A stretch of DNA of 64,000 nucleotides, taken from contig CAWGIR010000004.1 of NCBI GenBank assembly GCA_963822725.1, positions 35,471 to 99,470 on the forward strand, in the 5' to 3' direction. Origin of the DNA: an uncultured Actinomycetes bacterium. GTDB taxonomy: Bacteria > Actinomycetota > Thermoleophilia > Solirubrobacterales > Solirubrobacteraceae. Positions within the stretch are counted from its first letter, which is position 1. Each line of letters begins with the position of its first letter. The notes beneath the pieces were generated by a model. It made no database searches. It was given only the letters and a program-made list of their open reading frames with translations, and was not told the origin of the DNA. Of the stretch, positions 33,396 through 42,656 are shown one piece after another. A program made the translations under genes and the position numbers.

Positions 33396-34636
33396 GCGCG
33401 GGCCGCGCGAGGATCACCCTGCTCGCGGCGGCGCTCGCAGCGAGCAGCTGTCTTCTCGGCTGCGGGTCCAAGGAGGACAAGCCCACCGCGGCGATCACGG
33501 GCCGCACGCTGCGCGTCTACGTGAGCGTGCCGCTGCGCGGCCCCTCCGCCGTCTCGGGAGCATCGATCGTCAACGGCGCCAAACTGGCACTTGCGGGCGC
33601 TGGCGGACGGATCGGGCGCTTTCGCATCGTCCTGAAGGTGCTGGACGACGCGACAGTGGCCAGACGCGAGTGGGATCCCGGTCAGACCAGTGACGGCGCC
33701 CGCCAGGCGGTACTCGACCCCGCGACGATCGGTTACGTCGGGGAGCTCGACTCCGGCGCCAGTGCGATCTCGATCCCGATCCTCAACCGCGCCGGGATCG
33801 CGCAGATCAGCCCCACGAGCACGGCCGTCGGGCTCACCTCAGCCGCCCCCGGAGCGGAGCCGGGCGAACCCGCCAAGTACTACCCGACCGGCGCGCGGAC
33901 GTTCGCCCGGGTCGCGCCGAGCGACGCGGTCCAGGCCGCGGCGCAGGTCTCGCTCCAGCGCAGCCTCGGCTGCAGGCGCACGTTCGTGGTGGACGACGGA
34001 GAGGTCGACGGGGAGGACACGGCGACGAGCTTCGATCTCGCCGCCCGCTCCGAGGGCCTTCAGGTGATCGCGACCCAGCAGTTCAACCCGCGGGCGACCG
34101 ACTACCGCCCGCTGGCGGCGAGCATCTCGAGCACCGGGGCCAACTGCGTGCTGATAACCGCCATCACCGATGCCAACGCCGTCCTGCTGACAAGACAGCT
34201 TGCGGCCGGCGTGCCAGGAGCGCGGATCTTCGGCAGCGCCGGGCTGGCCGAGAGCACTTACGCATCGGGGATCCCGGAAGCGCTCGAGCAGCGCATCGTG
34301 ATCACCGCTCCCGCGCTCGGGCCGTCCGCCTACCCGCCATCGGCGCGCGCGCTCCTCGATGCGTACGCGCGAAGCTACGGAGCGCCCGAGCCGGACGCGA
34401 TCCTCGGATACGAGGCCACCAGCCTGATGCTGAGCGCGATCGCCAGAGCCACCGATGAGGGCACCAAGGCGGCCGAACGGGTGAAGGTGGTTCGAGCCAT
34501 CTTCGACACCCGGGCCAGGCGCAGCGTGCTCGGCCCGTACAGCATCGACTCGAGCGGCGATACGACAGCGAGAGCCTATGGCGCGTGGACGATCGTCGGC
34601 GGCCGGCTGCACTTCTGGAAGGCGCTAAATGGGTGA
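33392..34636 (+). CDS. LivK-family ABC substrate-binding lipoprotein (copy 2)
   Basis: LLGC lipobox, GELDSGASAISIPILN, YYPTGARTF. Confidence 0.87.
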   Translation: MSAGRARITLLAAALAASSCLLGCGSKEDKPTAAITGRTLRVYVSVPLRGPSAVSGASIVNGAKLALAGAGGRIGRFRIVLKVLDDATVARREWDPGQTSDGARQAVLDPATIGYVGELDSGASAISIPILNRAGIAQISPTSTAVGLTSAAPGAEPGEPAKYYPTGARTFARVAPSDAVQAAAQVSLQRSLGCRRTFVVDDGEVDGEDTATSFDLAARSEGLQVIATQQFNPRATDYRPLAASISSTGANCVLITAITDANAVLLTRQLAAGVPGARIFGSAGLAESTYASGIPEALEQRIVITAPALGPSAYPPSARALLDAYARSYGAPEPDAILGYEATSLMLSAIARATDEGTKAAERVKVVRAIFDTRARRSVLGPYSIDSSGDTTARAYGAWTIVGGRLHFWKALNG

Positions 34637-34764
34637 GATTTCGAGCGCTGGCGCTCGGTTTCGGTTGCGTTAGGCCGCGCTCTCGGCGATTGTTGGGATC
34701 CGAGGGCGGGGCTAGTCTCCCGCCTACGGGGCGCTATGGCCCGGAACACACAGAGAGGAGGATC

Positions 34765-36036
34765 ATGAGTTTTCTCGGGAAGCTGACCACGGGGTGCGTC
34801 GTGGTCGGCATGGTGGTGGTGCTTGCGGCCTGCGGCTCTTCCAAGAAGAGCTCGAGCAGCAGTAGCGGCGCACCGAGCGGCAACACCGTCGACGTCTACT
34901 CGAGCCTGCCGCTGGTCGGGTCGTCGACGTCCCAGACGGTTCCGCTGGTCAACGGGGCCAAGCTCGCGCTGTCGCAAGCTGGAGGGAAAGCCGGCAAGTT
35001 CAAGGTCAACTACACGTCCCTCAACGACGCGACCGCCGCGGCCGGTGAGTGGGACCCGACGCAGACCGCCGCGGACGCCCGCAAGGCGGCCTCGGACTCC
35101 AACGCGGTGTTCTACATCGGCGAGTTCAACTCGGGTGCGTCCGAGGTGTCGATCCCGATCCTCAACCAGGCCGGGATCCCGCAGGTGAGCCCTGCGAACA
35201 CGTACGTCGGCCTGACGACGAACGAGCCGGGCAGCGCCGCCGGCGAGCCGCAGAAGTACTACCCGACGGGCACGCGCACGTACCTCAGGATCGTGCCGCG
35301 TGACTCGATCCAGGCCGCAGCCGACCTGCTCGCGATGAAGCAGGCGGGCTGCACTCGGGTCGCGGTCGCAAATGACAAGGAGGCTTACGGCGCCGGGCTT
35401 GCATCACTGCTCGAGCTCGAGAAGGGCTCCTACGGCATCACGATCACGAGCAACACCGGCATCGACCCCAAGGCCCCGAACTTCCGCTCCTACGCGGCAA
35501 CGATCAAGGGCCAGGGTGCCGACTGCTTCCTGTTCTCGGGGATCGTCGCGAATGGTGGCGTGCAGATCACGAAGGACGTGAACGCTGCGCTTCCGAACGC
35601 GAAGATCTTCGGACCGGATGGCATGTGCACGAACTCGTGGACGAACTCCAAGGACGGTGGCGTGCCGGCCAGCATCGATCCCAAGATCGAGTGCACGGTC
35701 GCGACGCTGGATCTCCCGGCCTATCCGGGCGGCAAGACGTTCCTCGCCGCCTACAAGGCCAAGTACGGGGGCTCCAGCCCAGACCCGTACGCGATCTATG
35801 GCTACGAGGCGATGAAGCTGGCGCTCGACACGATCGCGAGCCTCGGCCCGAACGGCAACAACAAGTCGGACGTGCTGAAGGCGCTGTTCAACATCAAGGC
35901 CCGGAACTCGGTGCTCGGCACCTACGGGTTCGACAAGAACGGGGACACGACGCTCAAGGCGTACGGCCTGTACAAGGTCGGCTCCGACGGCAACCCCGTC
36001 TTCTTCAAGACGCTCACGCCGACGAAGGTCCTCTAG
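34765..36036 (+). CDS. LivK-family ABC substrate-binding lipoprotein (copy 3)
   Basis: LAAC lipobox, GEFNSGAS.VSIPILN, SPANT; strong GAGGAGG RBS. Confidence 0.92.
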   Translation: MSFLGKLTTGCVVVGMVVVLAACGSSKKSSSSSSGAPSGNTVDVYSSLPLVGSSTSQTVPLVNGAKLALSQAGGKAGKFKVNYTSLNDATAAAGEWDPTQTAADARKAASDSNAVFYIGEFNSGASEVSIPILNQAGIPQVSPANTYVGLTTNEPGSAAGEPQKYYPTGTRTYLRIVPRDSIQAAADLLAMKQAGCTRVAVANDKEAYGAGLASLLELEKGSYGITITSNTGIDPKAPNFRSYAATIKGQGADCFLFSGIVANGGVQITKDVNAALPNAKIFGPDGMCTNSWTNSKDGGVPASIDPKIECTVATLDLPAYPGGKTFLAAYKAKYGGSSPDPYAIYGYEAMKLALDTIASLGPNGNNKSDVLKALFNIKARNSVLGTYGFDKNGDTTLKAYGLYKVGSDGNPVFFKTLTPTKVL

Positions 36037-36051
36037 AGACCCGGGTGTGGT

Positions 36052-36097
36052 AGGAAGCAGTGGGGAGGGCGCGTCTCGCGTCCTCTCCATACTTCCT
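36052..36097 (+). terminator. Intercistronic stem-loop after the binding-protein gene
   Basis: AGGAAG-cag-TGGGGAGGGCGCG-tct-CGCGTCCTCTCCA-ta-CTTCCT; no U-tract. Confidence 0.6.
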
Positions 36098-36127
36098 GAA
36101 TCGATGCCGATCTTCCGCATGGAGTAA

Positions 36128-37237
36128 GTGGAAGCGCACACAGCAACTGGACGGATGCCCGCGGCCCCGTTTCGCCCGATCGCCGCGCTGCGCCGATGGC
36201 TCGGGGTATGGGGCCTGTGGATCGCCCTTGCCGCCCTGCCGCTCTTCTACCTCGTCCACGATCTGACACATGGCTACGGGGCGGGGATCTCCCACGGCCA
36301 CCCGATCGTGCGACACGACCTGACGCTGCTGGGCTTCAACCTCGTCGAGGGGCTGTCGAACGGCGCGATCTGGGCGCTGATCGCGATCGGGTACACGCTC
36401 GTGTACGGGATCGTCGAGCTGATCAACTTCGCCCACGGCGATGTGTTCATGATCGGCTCGTTCACGGCCGTCGGGCTCTACAGCACCCTCGGCCTCGGCC
36501 CGACCAGCGGGGTGCTGCCGCTGATCGGAGGACTGCTGGTGATCATCCTGGCCTCCGGGGCCGTGAGCGGATCGCTGAATGTGCTGATCGAGCGGGTGGC
36601 CTATCGACCGCTTCGCAACGCGCCGAAGCTGGCCCCGCTGATCACCGCGGTCGGGTTCTCCTTCATCCTCCAGAACGTGGGCCTGCTGTGGCGGGGGGGC
36701 TCGCCTGAGGGCGTACCCGATCTGATCCGCCAGAACGACGGCGTGATTCACATCTCGGCCGTCGTGATCCAGCGCTCGGACATCCTGGCGGTGGGGGTGA
36801 TGGTCCCGCTCGTGATCCTGCTCACCTGGTTCATCGGCCGAACCCGGCCCGGTCGCGCCATGCGCGCCACCGCCCAGGATCCCGAGGCGGCCCGGCTGAT
36901 GGGAATCAACGTCAACAACACGATCTCGCTGACGTTCCTGATCGGCGGGATGCTGGCGGGCGCGGCAGGACTCGTGTACGCCCTGTACGAGACGAACGTC
37001 TGGTACTTCCAGGGATTCAGGGCGGGTCTGATCGCGTTCACAGCTGCGGTCATGGGCGGAATCGGCAACGTCCGCGGCGCCGTCCTCGGTGGGTTGCTGA
37101 TCGGCTGCGTGCAGCAGCTCTCGGACTCCAGGATCGGAACCCAATGGACCGAGGCGGTGGTGTTCGGCTACCTGATCCTGGTGATGGTGCTGAGGCCGCG
37201 CGGGCTGCTGGGCGAGGAGACTCGCGAGGCGGGATGA
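36128..37237 (+). CDS. livH: Branched-chain amino acid ABC permease LivH
   Basis: ALIAIGYTLVYG..INFAHG, GRAMRA.AQD..AA.LMGIN. Confidence 0.9.
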   Translation: MEAHTATGRMPAAPFRPIAALRRWLGVWGLWIALAALPLFYLVHDLTHGYGAGISHGHPIVRHDLTLLGFNLVEGLSNGAIWALIAIGYTLVYGIVELINFAHGDVFMIGSFTAVGLYSTLGLGPTSGVLPLIGGLLVIILASGAVSGSLNVLIERVAYRPLRNAPKLAPLITAVGFSFILQNVGLLWRGGSPEGVPDLIRQNDGVIHISAVVIQRSDILAVGVMVPLVILLTWFIGRTRPGRAMRATAQDPEAARLMGINVNNTISLTFLIGGMLAGAAGLVYALYETNVWYFQGFRAGLIAFTAAVMGGIGNVRGAVLGGLLIGCVQQLSDSRIGTQWTEAVVFGYLILVMVLRPRGLLGEETREAG

Positions 37238-38412
37238 ACGAGCTCAGGGCACAGCTTCACGAGTGGCGCGCGGCGATCGAGGCGCGGATGCCGCCGTGGT
37301 GGCAGCGCCCCACGGTGGCGGTGTTGATCGTGATCGGGATCGTGCTGCCGTTCTTCTTCTCGCAGACGAGCGGCTTCCTGGCGGCGACCCTGATCGCGCT
37401 CGCGTACGTGGTGATGGCGCTCGGGCTGAACATCGTCGTCGGCTTCGCCGGGCTGCTCGACCTCGGCTACGTCGCCTTCTACGCCTTCGGCGCCTATTCG
37501 ATGGGCTGGTTCGGATCGGACTTCTTCTTCAAGGAGAAGGTGCACGTCGTGGTTTCCGGAATCGCGAAGCACGAGATCGGCATCCATCTGAACTTCATCT
37601 TGATCCTGCTGTGCGCGGTCGTGATCTGCGCGATCGCCGGGGTCCTGATCGGGCTGCCGACGCTGCGGCTGCGGGGGGACTACATCGCGATCGTCACGCT
37701 CGCGTTCGGAGAAATAATTGGCGTGGTAGCGCTCAATGGGTCTGGCATCCACGTCGGCGGCGGGATGACGCTCACGGCCGGCTCCCAGGGCATCTCGGCG
37801 CTTGATCTGCCCTATTTCCCGGGCATCGGCATGTTCAACCTGCTCAAGCTCAGACCCTGGTACTGGCTGATCCTCGCGATCATGCTGATCGTCCTGTTCG
37901 TGAACCTGCGTCTGCGCGACTCGCGGCTGGGACGGGCATGGATCGCGCTCCGCGAGGACGAGGTGGCCGCGATCTCGATGGGGATCCCAGCGGTGCGGAC
38001 CAAGCTGCTCGCCTACGCCACCGGCGCGGCGATCGGCGGCGTGTCCGGGGTGTTCCTCGGGGCCTACGCCACCACCGTCAACTCGGACCAGTTCCAGTTC
38101 TCGTTCTCGATCTTCGTGCTCTCGATGATCATCGTCGGCGGTCTCGGATCGATCTGGGGAGTCGTGCTGGGCGCGCTGATGCTGGCCTACATCGACTACT
38201 ACCTGATCCCCGATGTGCTCAACACGCTCCCGCAAAAGTTCGGGCTGAACTTCAATCTCACCCAGCTGTCGTTCGGGATCTTCGGATTCCTGCTCGTGCT
38301 GGTGATGGTCCTGCGCCCACAGGGCCTGTTCCCGGAGCGAAGACGGAGCCTCGAGCTGACCCGCGCGATCGACGCCCAGGACTCCGAGCTCGTGGAGGGC
38401 CCCGTGGGATGA
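37234..38412 (+). CDS. livM: Branched-chain amino acid ABC permease LivM
   Basis: GLNIVVGFAGLLDLGY, LRLRGDY.AIVTL.FGE, GRAW.A.REDE. Confidence 0.9.
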   Translation: MNELRAQLHEWRAAIEARMPPWWQRPTVAVLIVIGIVLPFFFSQTSGFLAATLIALAYVVMALGLNIVVGFAGLLDLGYVAFYAFGAYSMGWFGSDFFFKEKVHVVVSGIAKHEIGIHLNFILILLCAVVICAIAGVLIGLPTLRLRGDYIAIVTLAFGEIIGVVALNGSGIHVGGGMTLTAGSQGISALDLPYFPGIGMFNLLKLRPWYWLILAIMLIVLFVNLRLRDSRLGRAWIALREDEVAAISMGIPAVRTKLLAYATGAAIGGVSGVFLGAYATTVNSDQFQFSFSIFVLSMIIVGGLGSIWGVVLGALMLAYIDYYLIPDVLNTLPQKFGLNFNLTQLSFGIFGFLLVLVMVLRPQGLFPERRRSLELTRAIDAQDSELVEGPVG

Positions 38413-39218
38413 GCACGACCGCTGCCCGACAGTCGACGCCCGCGGCAGTTGCCGCGATCCTGCGAGCCGACCACGTGACCAAGGAGTTCGGCGGGCTGGT
38501 CGCCGTCAACGACGTCACGCTGGAGGTTCCCGAGCACTCGATCGTGTCCCTGATCGGACCGAACGGCGCCGGCAAGACGACCCTGTTCAACATGCTCACC
38601 GGTCTGTACAAGCCCTCGGTGGGACGGATCGTGCTGGCGGAGCGTGACATCACCCGCTCCCGGCCCGATCAGATCACCGGGTTCGGGGTGGCGCGGACGT
38701 TCCAGAACATCCGGCTGTTCGGCGCCATGAGCGCGGTCGAGAACGTGATGATCGGCCGCCACAGCCGGATGCGGGCCGGCGTGTTCGGGTCGATCCTGCG
38801 CCCCCCATGGGTGCGAACGGAGGAGCGGGAGGTCCGTCAGCGGGCGGGTGAGCTGCTCGACTACGTCGGGCTGCCGTCGAGCGCGTTCCATCGGCTTTCG
38901 ATTCACCTCTCCTACGGAGACCAGCGGCGCGTGGAGATCGCCCGGGCCCTCGCCTCCGATCCTCGGATCCTGCTGCTGGACGAGCCGACCGCCGGAATGA
39001 ATCCCCAGGAGTCCGCGGCGCTGACGACGTTCATGCGGCAACTGCGAGACGACCTGAAGCTGACGATCTTCCTGATCGAGCACGACATGAAGGTGGTGAT
39101 GGACGTCTCCGAGCGGGTCACGGTGCTCGATCACGGTGAGAAGATCGCCGAGGGAGAGCCGGCCGAGGTGCGTCGCGACGCGCGGGTGATCGAGGCCTAC
39201 CTTGGAAAGCAGGACTGA
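38409..39218 (+). CDS. livG: ABC ATP-binding protein LivG
   Basis: GPNGAGKTT, ARTFQNIRLF, LSYG, LLDEP, IEAYLG. Confidence 0.9.
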   Translation: MSTTAARQSTPAAVAAILRADHVTKEFGGLVAVNDVTLEVPEHSIVSLIGPNGAGKTTLFNMLTGLYKPSVGRIVLAERDITRSRPDQITGFGVARTFQNIRLFGAMSAVENVMIGRHSRMRAGVFGSILRPPWVRTEEREVRQRAGELLDYVGLPSSAFHRLSIHLSYGDQRRVEIARALASDPRILLLDEPTAGMNPQESAALTTFMRQLRDDLKLTIFLIEHDMKVVMDVSERVTVLDHGEKIAEGEPAEVRRDARVIEAYLGKQD

Positions 39219-39224
39219 TCCCCC

Positions 39225-39932
39225 ATGACGCTGCTCGAGGTCACGGACATCCACGCTCATTACGGCGCGATCGAAGCCCTGAAGGGTGTCTCGCTGACCG
39301 TCTCGGAGGGCGAGGTCGTGACCCTGATCGGCTCAAACGGCGCGGGGAAATCGACAACGCTGCGCTCGATCTCCGGGCTGACGCCCGCGAGCGCCGGGTC
39401 CATCACCTTCGCCGGTGATGACATCACCCGTCTCCCGGCGCACGACATCGTCACCCGCGGGATTGCCCTGTCCCCGGAAGGGCGGCACGTCTTCCCGCGG
39501 ATGACGGTCCGCGAGAACCTCGACCTCGGCGCCCACCACCGTCGCGGCTCGGAGGTCCTGGAGGATCTGGAGCGCGTGTTCGTGCTGTTCCCGCGTCTCC
39601 AGGAGCGCGAGCGGCAAAAGGCCGGGACGATGTCCGGCGGCGAGCAGCAGATGCTCGCAATCGGCCGGGCGCTGATGGCGCGACCGCAGCTGTTGATGCT
39701 CGACGAGCCCTCGATGGGGATCGCGCCGATCCTCGTGCAGCGGATCTACGAGACGATCCGCGAGATCAACAAGTCGGGCGTCGCGATCCTGCTGGTCGAG
39801 CAGAACGCCAATTACGCGCTCGACATCTCCGCGCGGGGCTACGTGCTCGAGACCGGCCAGATCGCACTTGCTGACAGCTCCGAATCGCTGCGGGACGATC
39901 CCGAGGTCCAAAGGGCGTACCTGGGCACATGA
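39225..39932 (+). CDS. livF: ABC ATP-binding protein LivF
   Basis: GSNGAGKST, MSGGEQQM, LDEPSMG, LVEQN. Confidence 0.92.
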   Translation: MTLLEVTDIHAHYGAIEALKGVSLTVSEGEVVTLIGSNGAGKSTTLRSISGLTPASAGSITFAGDDITRLPAHDIVTRGIALSPEGRHVFPRMTVRENLDLGAHHRRGSEVLEDLERVFVLFPRLQERERQKAGTMSGGEQQMLAIGRALMARPQLLMLDEPSMGIAPILVQRIYETIREINKSGVAILLVEQNANYALDISARGYVLETGQIALADSSESLRDDPEVQRAYLGT

Positions 39933-40213
39933 TCGCGTTCGCCCTGATCGGAGCCACCGGGCTGTACCTGCTGTTCGCCTGGCTACTGTCGTCCGCGATC
40001 GGCGCGTGGTTGTCGGACCGCAAGGGATACGGGGAGCGGGTGGGACTGACGTTCGGGTTGCTGCTCTCGGCCGTGGGGCTGCTGATCGTGCTGCTGCTGC
40101 CGGGGCGTCCCGGGTCCCGTTGGCGCGAGGAGGGGTGGCTGCCGTGGCGGAAGGCCGCCGGACCGTCCCCGGACGCGCCTCCGGATGACTCCGGCGGGCC
40201 ATCAAGTCCCTAG
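39929..40213 (+). CDS. Small membrane protein
   Basis: ATGA-coupled to livF; two hydrophobic segments flanking RKGYGE. Confidence 0.7.
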   Translation: MIAFALIGATGLYLLFAWLLSSAIGAWLSDRKGYGERVGLTFGLLLSAVGLLIVLLLPGRPGSRWREEGWLPWRKAAGPSPDAPPDDSGGPSSP

Positions 40214-41128
40214 CGCCGCGCGCAGCGCCCCCTCGAGCTCGGGATACCGGAACTCGTAGCCGAGGCCGACGGCGCGGGCCGGGATCATCCGGATGCTCGA
40301 GAGCAGGACCGAGGACATTTCGCCGTACATCCGCTTGAGCACGAAGGCGGGGATCGGCATCACCGCGGGACGCCTGAGCACGCGGCCCAGGGCCTTTGAG
40401 AACTCCCGGTTGGTGGCGGGGCTGGGCGCGCTCGCGTTCACGGGCCCGGACCACATCGCCGGGCCGCCTCCGGCGCTCGCGCTGTCGAGCGCGGAGATCA
40501 CGATTCCGACCAGGTCGTCGATGTGGATCCAGGGCATGTACTGGCGCCCACCGGCGATGGGACCGCCGACGCCCGCCCGGAACGGCGGCAGCATTTCCTT
40601 CAGCGCGCCGCCCCTGCCGTCGAGCACAACGCCGATCCGCACCCGCACCACTCGCACGCCGAGCTCGGACGCGGCCTCGGCGGCGGCCTCCCACTCCGTG
40701 CACACGGACGCGAGGAAGCCTTGGCCGGGCGGCTCGGCTTCGGGCAGCTGGACGTTGCCCCGGTCTCCGTAGTAGCCCGCCGCCGATGCCGAGATCAGCG
40801 TTCGGGGCCGGGGCCATGCGGCCTGAATCGCCTGGACCAGGTTCTGCGTGCCCGTCACCCGACTCGACCGGATCCGCTCCTTCGCCGCCGCGGTCCATCG
40901 CTGTGCGACCTGCTCCCCCGCCAGGTTGATCACCGCGTCCGCCTTTGAGAGCGGCTCCTCGGGCGCCGGGCCGGAGGGCGGGTCCCACCGGACGGCCTCC
41001 GTTCCGAGCCGCTCGCGCGCTCGGGCGGGGTCGCGCGAGAACGCGATCGGCGAGTCTCCGCGTTGCTTCAGGGCTGCGACCACACGCGATCCGAGCAGTC
41101 CGGTCGCGCCGGTGACCGCGACGTTCAT
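40202..41128 (-). CDS. TIGR01777 family oxidoreductase (YfcH/SDR39U1-like)
   Basis: VTGATGLLG, INLAGE, SASAAGYYG, PWIHIDD, LGYEFRYP. Confidence 0.92.
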   Translation of the reverse strand: MNVAVTGATGLLGSRVVAALKQRGDSPIAFSRDPARARERLGTEAVRWDPPSGPAPEEPLSKADAVINLAGEQVAQRWTAAAKERIRSSRVTGTQNLVQAIQAAWPRPRTLISASAAGYYGDRGNVQLPEAEPPGQGFLASVCTEWEAAAEAASELGVRVVRVRIGVVLDGRGGALKEMLPPFRAGVGGPIAGGRQYMPWIHIDDLVGIVISALDSASAGGGPAMWSGPVNASAPSPATNREFSKALGRVLRRPAVMPIPAFVLKRMYGEMSSVLLSSIRMIPARAVGLGYEFRYPELEGALRAALGT

Positions 41129-42597
41129 CGTCCGGGGACGGCGCCGAACTCCTCGGTCTGCGCGAAGCCCACCTCCGCGCCGGCCTCGGCGGTCCCGCTC
41201 TCGCGTGCCTCATCGGCGACCGCCGCCGCGACTGCGCCCACCACCTCGCGGTTGAACACCGACGGGATGATGTAGTCCTCGCGGAGGTCATCGGTGGAAA
41301 CGATGTCCGCGATCGCGCGAGCCGCGGCCATCTTCATCTGCTCGGTGATCTGATTCGCGCGCACGTCGAGCGCGCCCCGGAAGATGCCGGGAAAGCACAG
41401 CACGTTGTTGATCTGGTTCGGGTAGTCGGAGCGGCCGGTGGCGATGATCCGGGCGTGGGGCGCCGCCTCCTCGGGGAGGACTTCCGGGTTGGGATTGGCC
41501 ATCGCGAACACGATCGGATCCGGATTCATCCGCCGGAGCGCTTGAGCGTTGATCACGCGCGCACCGCTTACGCCGATGAATAGGTCCGCACCCTCAAGAA
41601 CGTCGCCGGGCGAGCCCGACCGGCGCTCGTCGTTGCTGACCGACGCCAGCCACCGCTTGACCTCGTGCATGCTGCCGTCCAGGTAGTCCGCCCGATCGAC
41701 GTGGACCGCGCCCTGCGAGTCGCAGCCGATGATGTGCCGCGCGCCGGCCTCCAGCAGGATCTTCGTGACGGCGATCCCGGCCGCGCCGATCCCGGAGATC
41801 ACGATCCGGATGTCCTCGATCCGCTGTCCGGTCAGGGTGAGCGCGTTCAGCAGCGCTGCGAGCACGACCACCGCGGTTCCGTGCTGATCGTCATGGAAGA
41901 CGGGGATGTCCAGATCGTGCTTCAACCGCGCTTCGATCTCGAAGCACCGGGGAGCCGAGATGTCCTCGAGATTGACGCCCCCGAATCCAGGGGCGATCGC
42001 CTTCACGGTCCTGACGATCTCGTCCGGGTCGCGAGTGTCCAGGCAGATCGGAAACGCGTCGATGCCGGCGAATTCCTTGAACAGCATCGCCTTGCCCTCC
42101 ATCACCGGCATCGCCGCTCGCGGGCCGATGTCGCCGAGTCCCAGCACCGCGGTCCCGTCCGAGACGACCGCGACCGTGTTGCGCTTGATCGTGTACTGGA
42201 AGGCCTTGTCCGGGTCCTCGTAGATCGCGTTGGAAACTCGCGCCACGCCGGGCGTGTACGCCATCGACAGATCGTCGCGCGTCTTCAGCGGGCTCTTGTT
42301 GTGCAGCTCGATCTTGCCGCCGAGGTGCATCATGAACGTGCGGTCGGTGGAGTCCAGAACCTTGACGCCCGCGACCGCGTTCACGGCGTCGGTCAATCGC
42401 GGCCAGTCGGAGGCATCCGACGTGGCGACGGTGATGTCCCGGATCGTGTGATCCCCCTCGACCTGCACCAGGTCGACAGCGCCGATCGTCCCGCCCGCCT
42501 CGCCGATCGCGCTCGCGACCTTGCCGAGCATTCCGGTGCGATCGTCGATCTCCAGGCGGAGCGTCAAGCTGTACTGGGCGCTGGGGGTGGGGGCCAT
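41125..42597 (-). CDS. NAD(P)-dependent malic enzyme with N-terminal ACT domain
   Basis: YTPGVA, DGTAVLGLGD, MEGK, NLEDI, FHDDQHGT, ATGRSDYPNQINN. Confidence 0.93.
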   Translation of the reverse strand: MAPTPSAQYSLTLRLEIDDRTGMLGKVASAIGEAGGTIGAVDLVQVEGDHTIRDITVATSDASDWPRLTDAVNAVAGVKVLDSTDRTFMMHLGGKIELHNKSPLKTRDDLSMAYTPGVARVSNAIYEDPDKAFQYTIKRNTVAVVSDGTAVLGLGDIGPRAAMPVMEGKAMLFKEFAGIDAFPICLDTRDPDEIVRTVKAIAPGFGGVNLEDISAPRCFEIEARLKHDLDIPVFHDDQHGTAVVVLAALLNALTLTGQRIEDIRIVISGIGAAGIAVTKILLEAGARHIIGCDSQGAVHVDRADYLDGSMHEVKRWLASVSNDERRSGSPGDVLEGADLFIGVSGARVINAQALRRMNPDPIVFAMANPNPEVLPEEAAPHARIIATGRSDYPNQINNVLCFPGIFRGALDVRANQITEQMKMAAARAIADIVSTDDLREDYIIPSVFNREVVGAVAAAVADEARESGTAEAGAEVGFAQTEEFGAVPGR

Positions 42598-42656
42598 GGG
42601 CGTGGGATGTTATGGGTCCCCGGGAGTGGCCGACGGGATCACTAAATTCAGATCTG

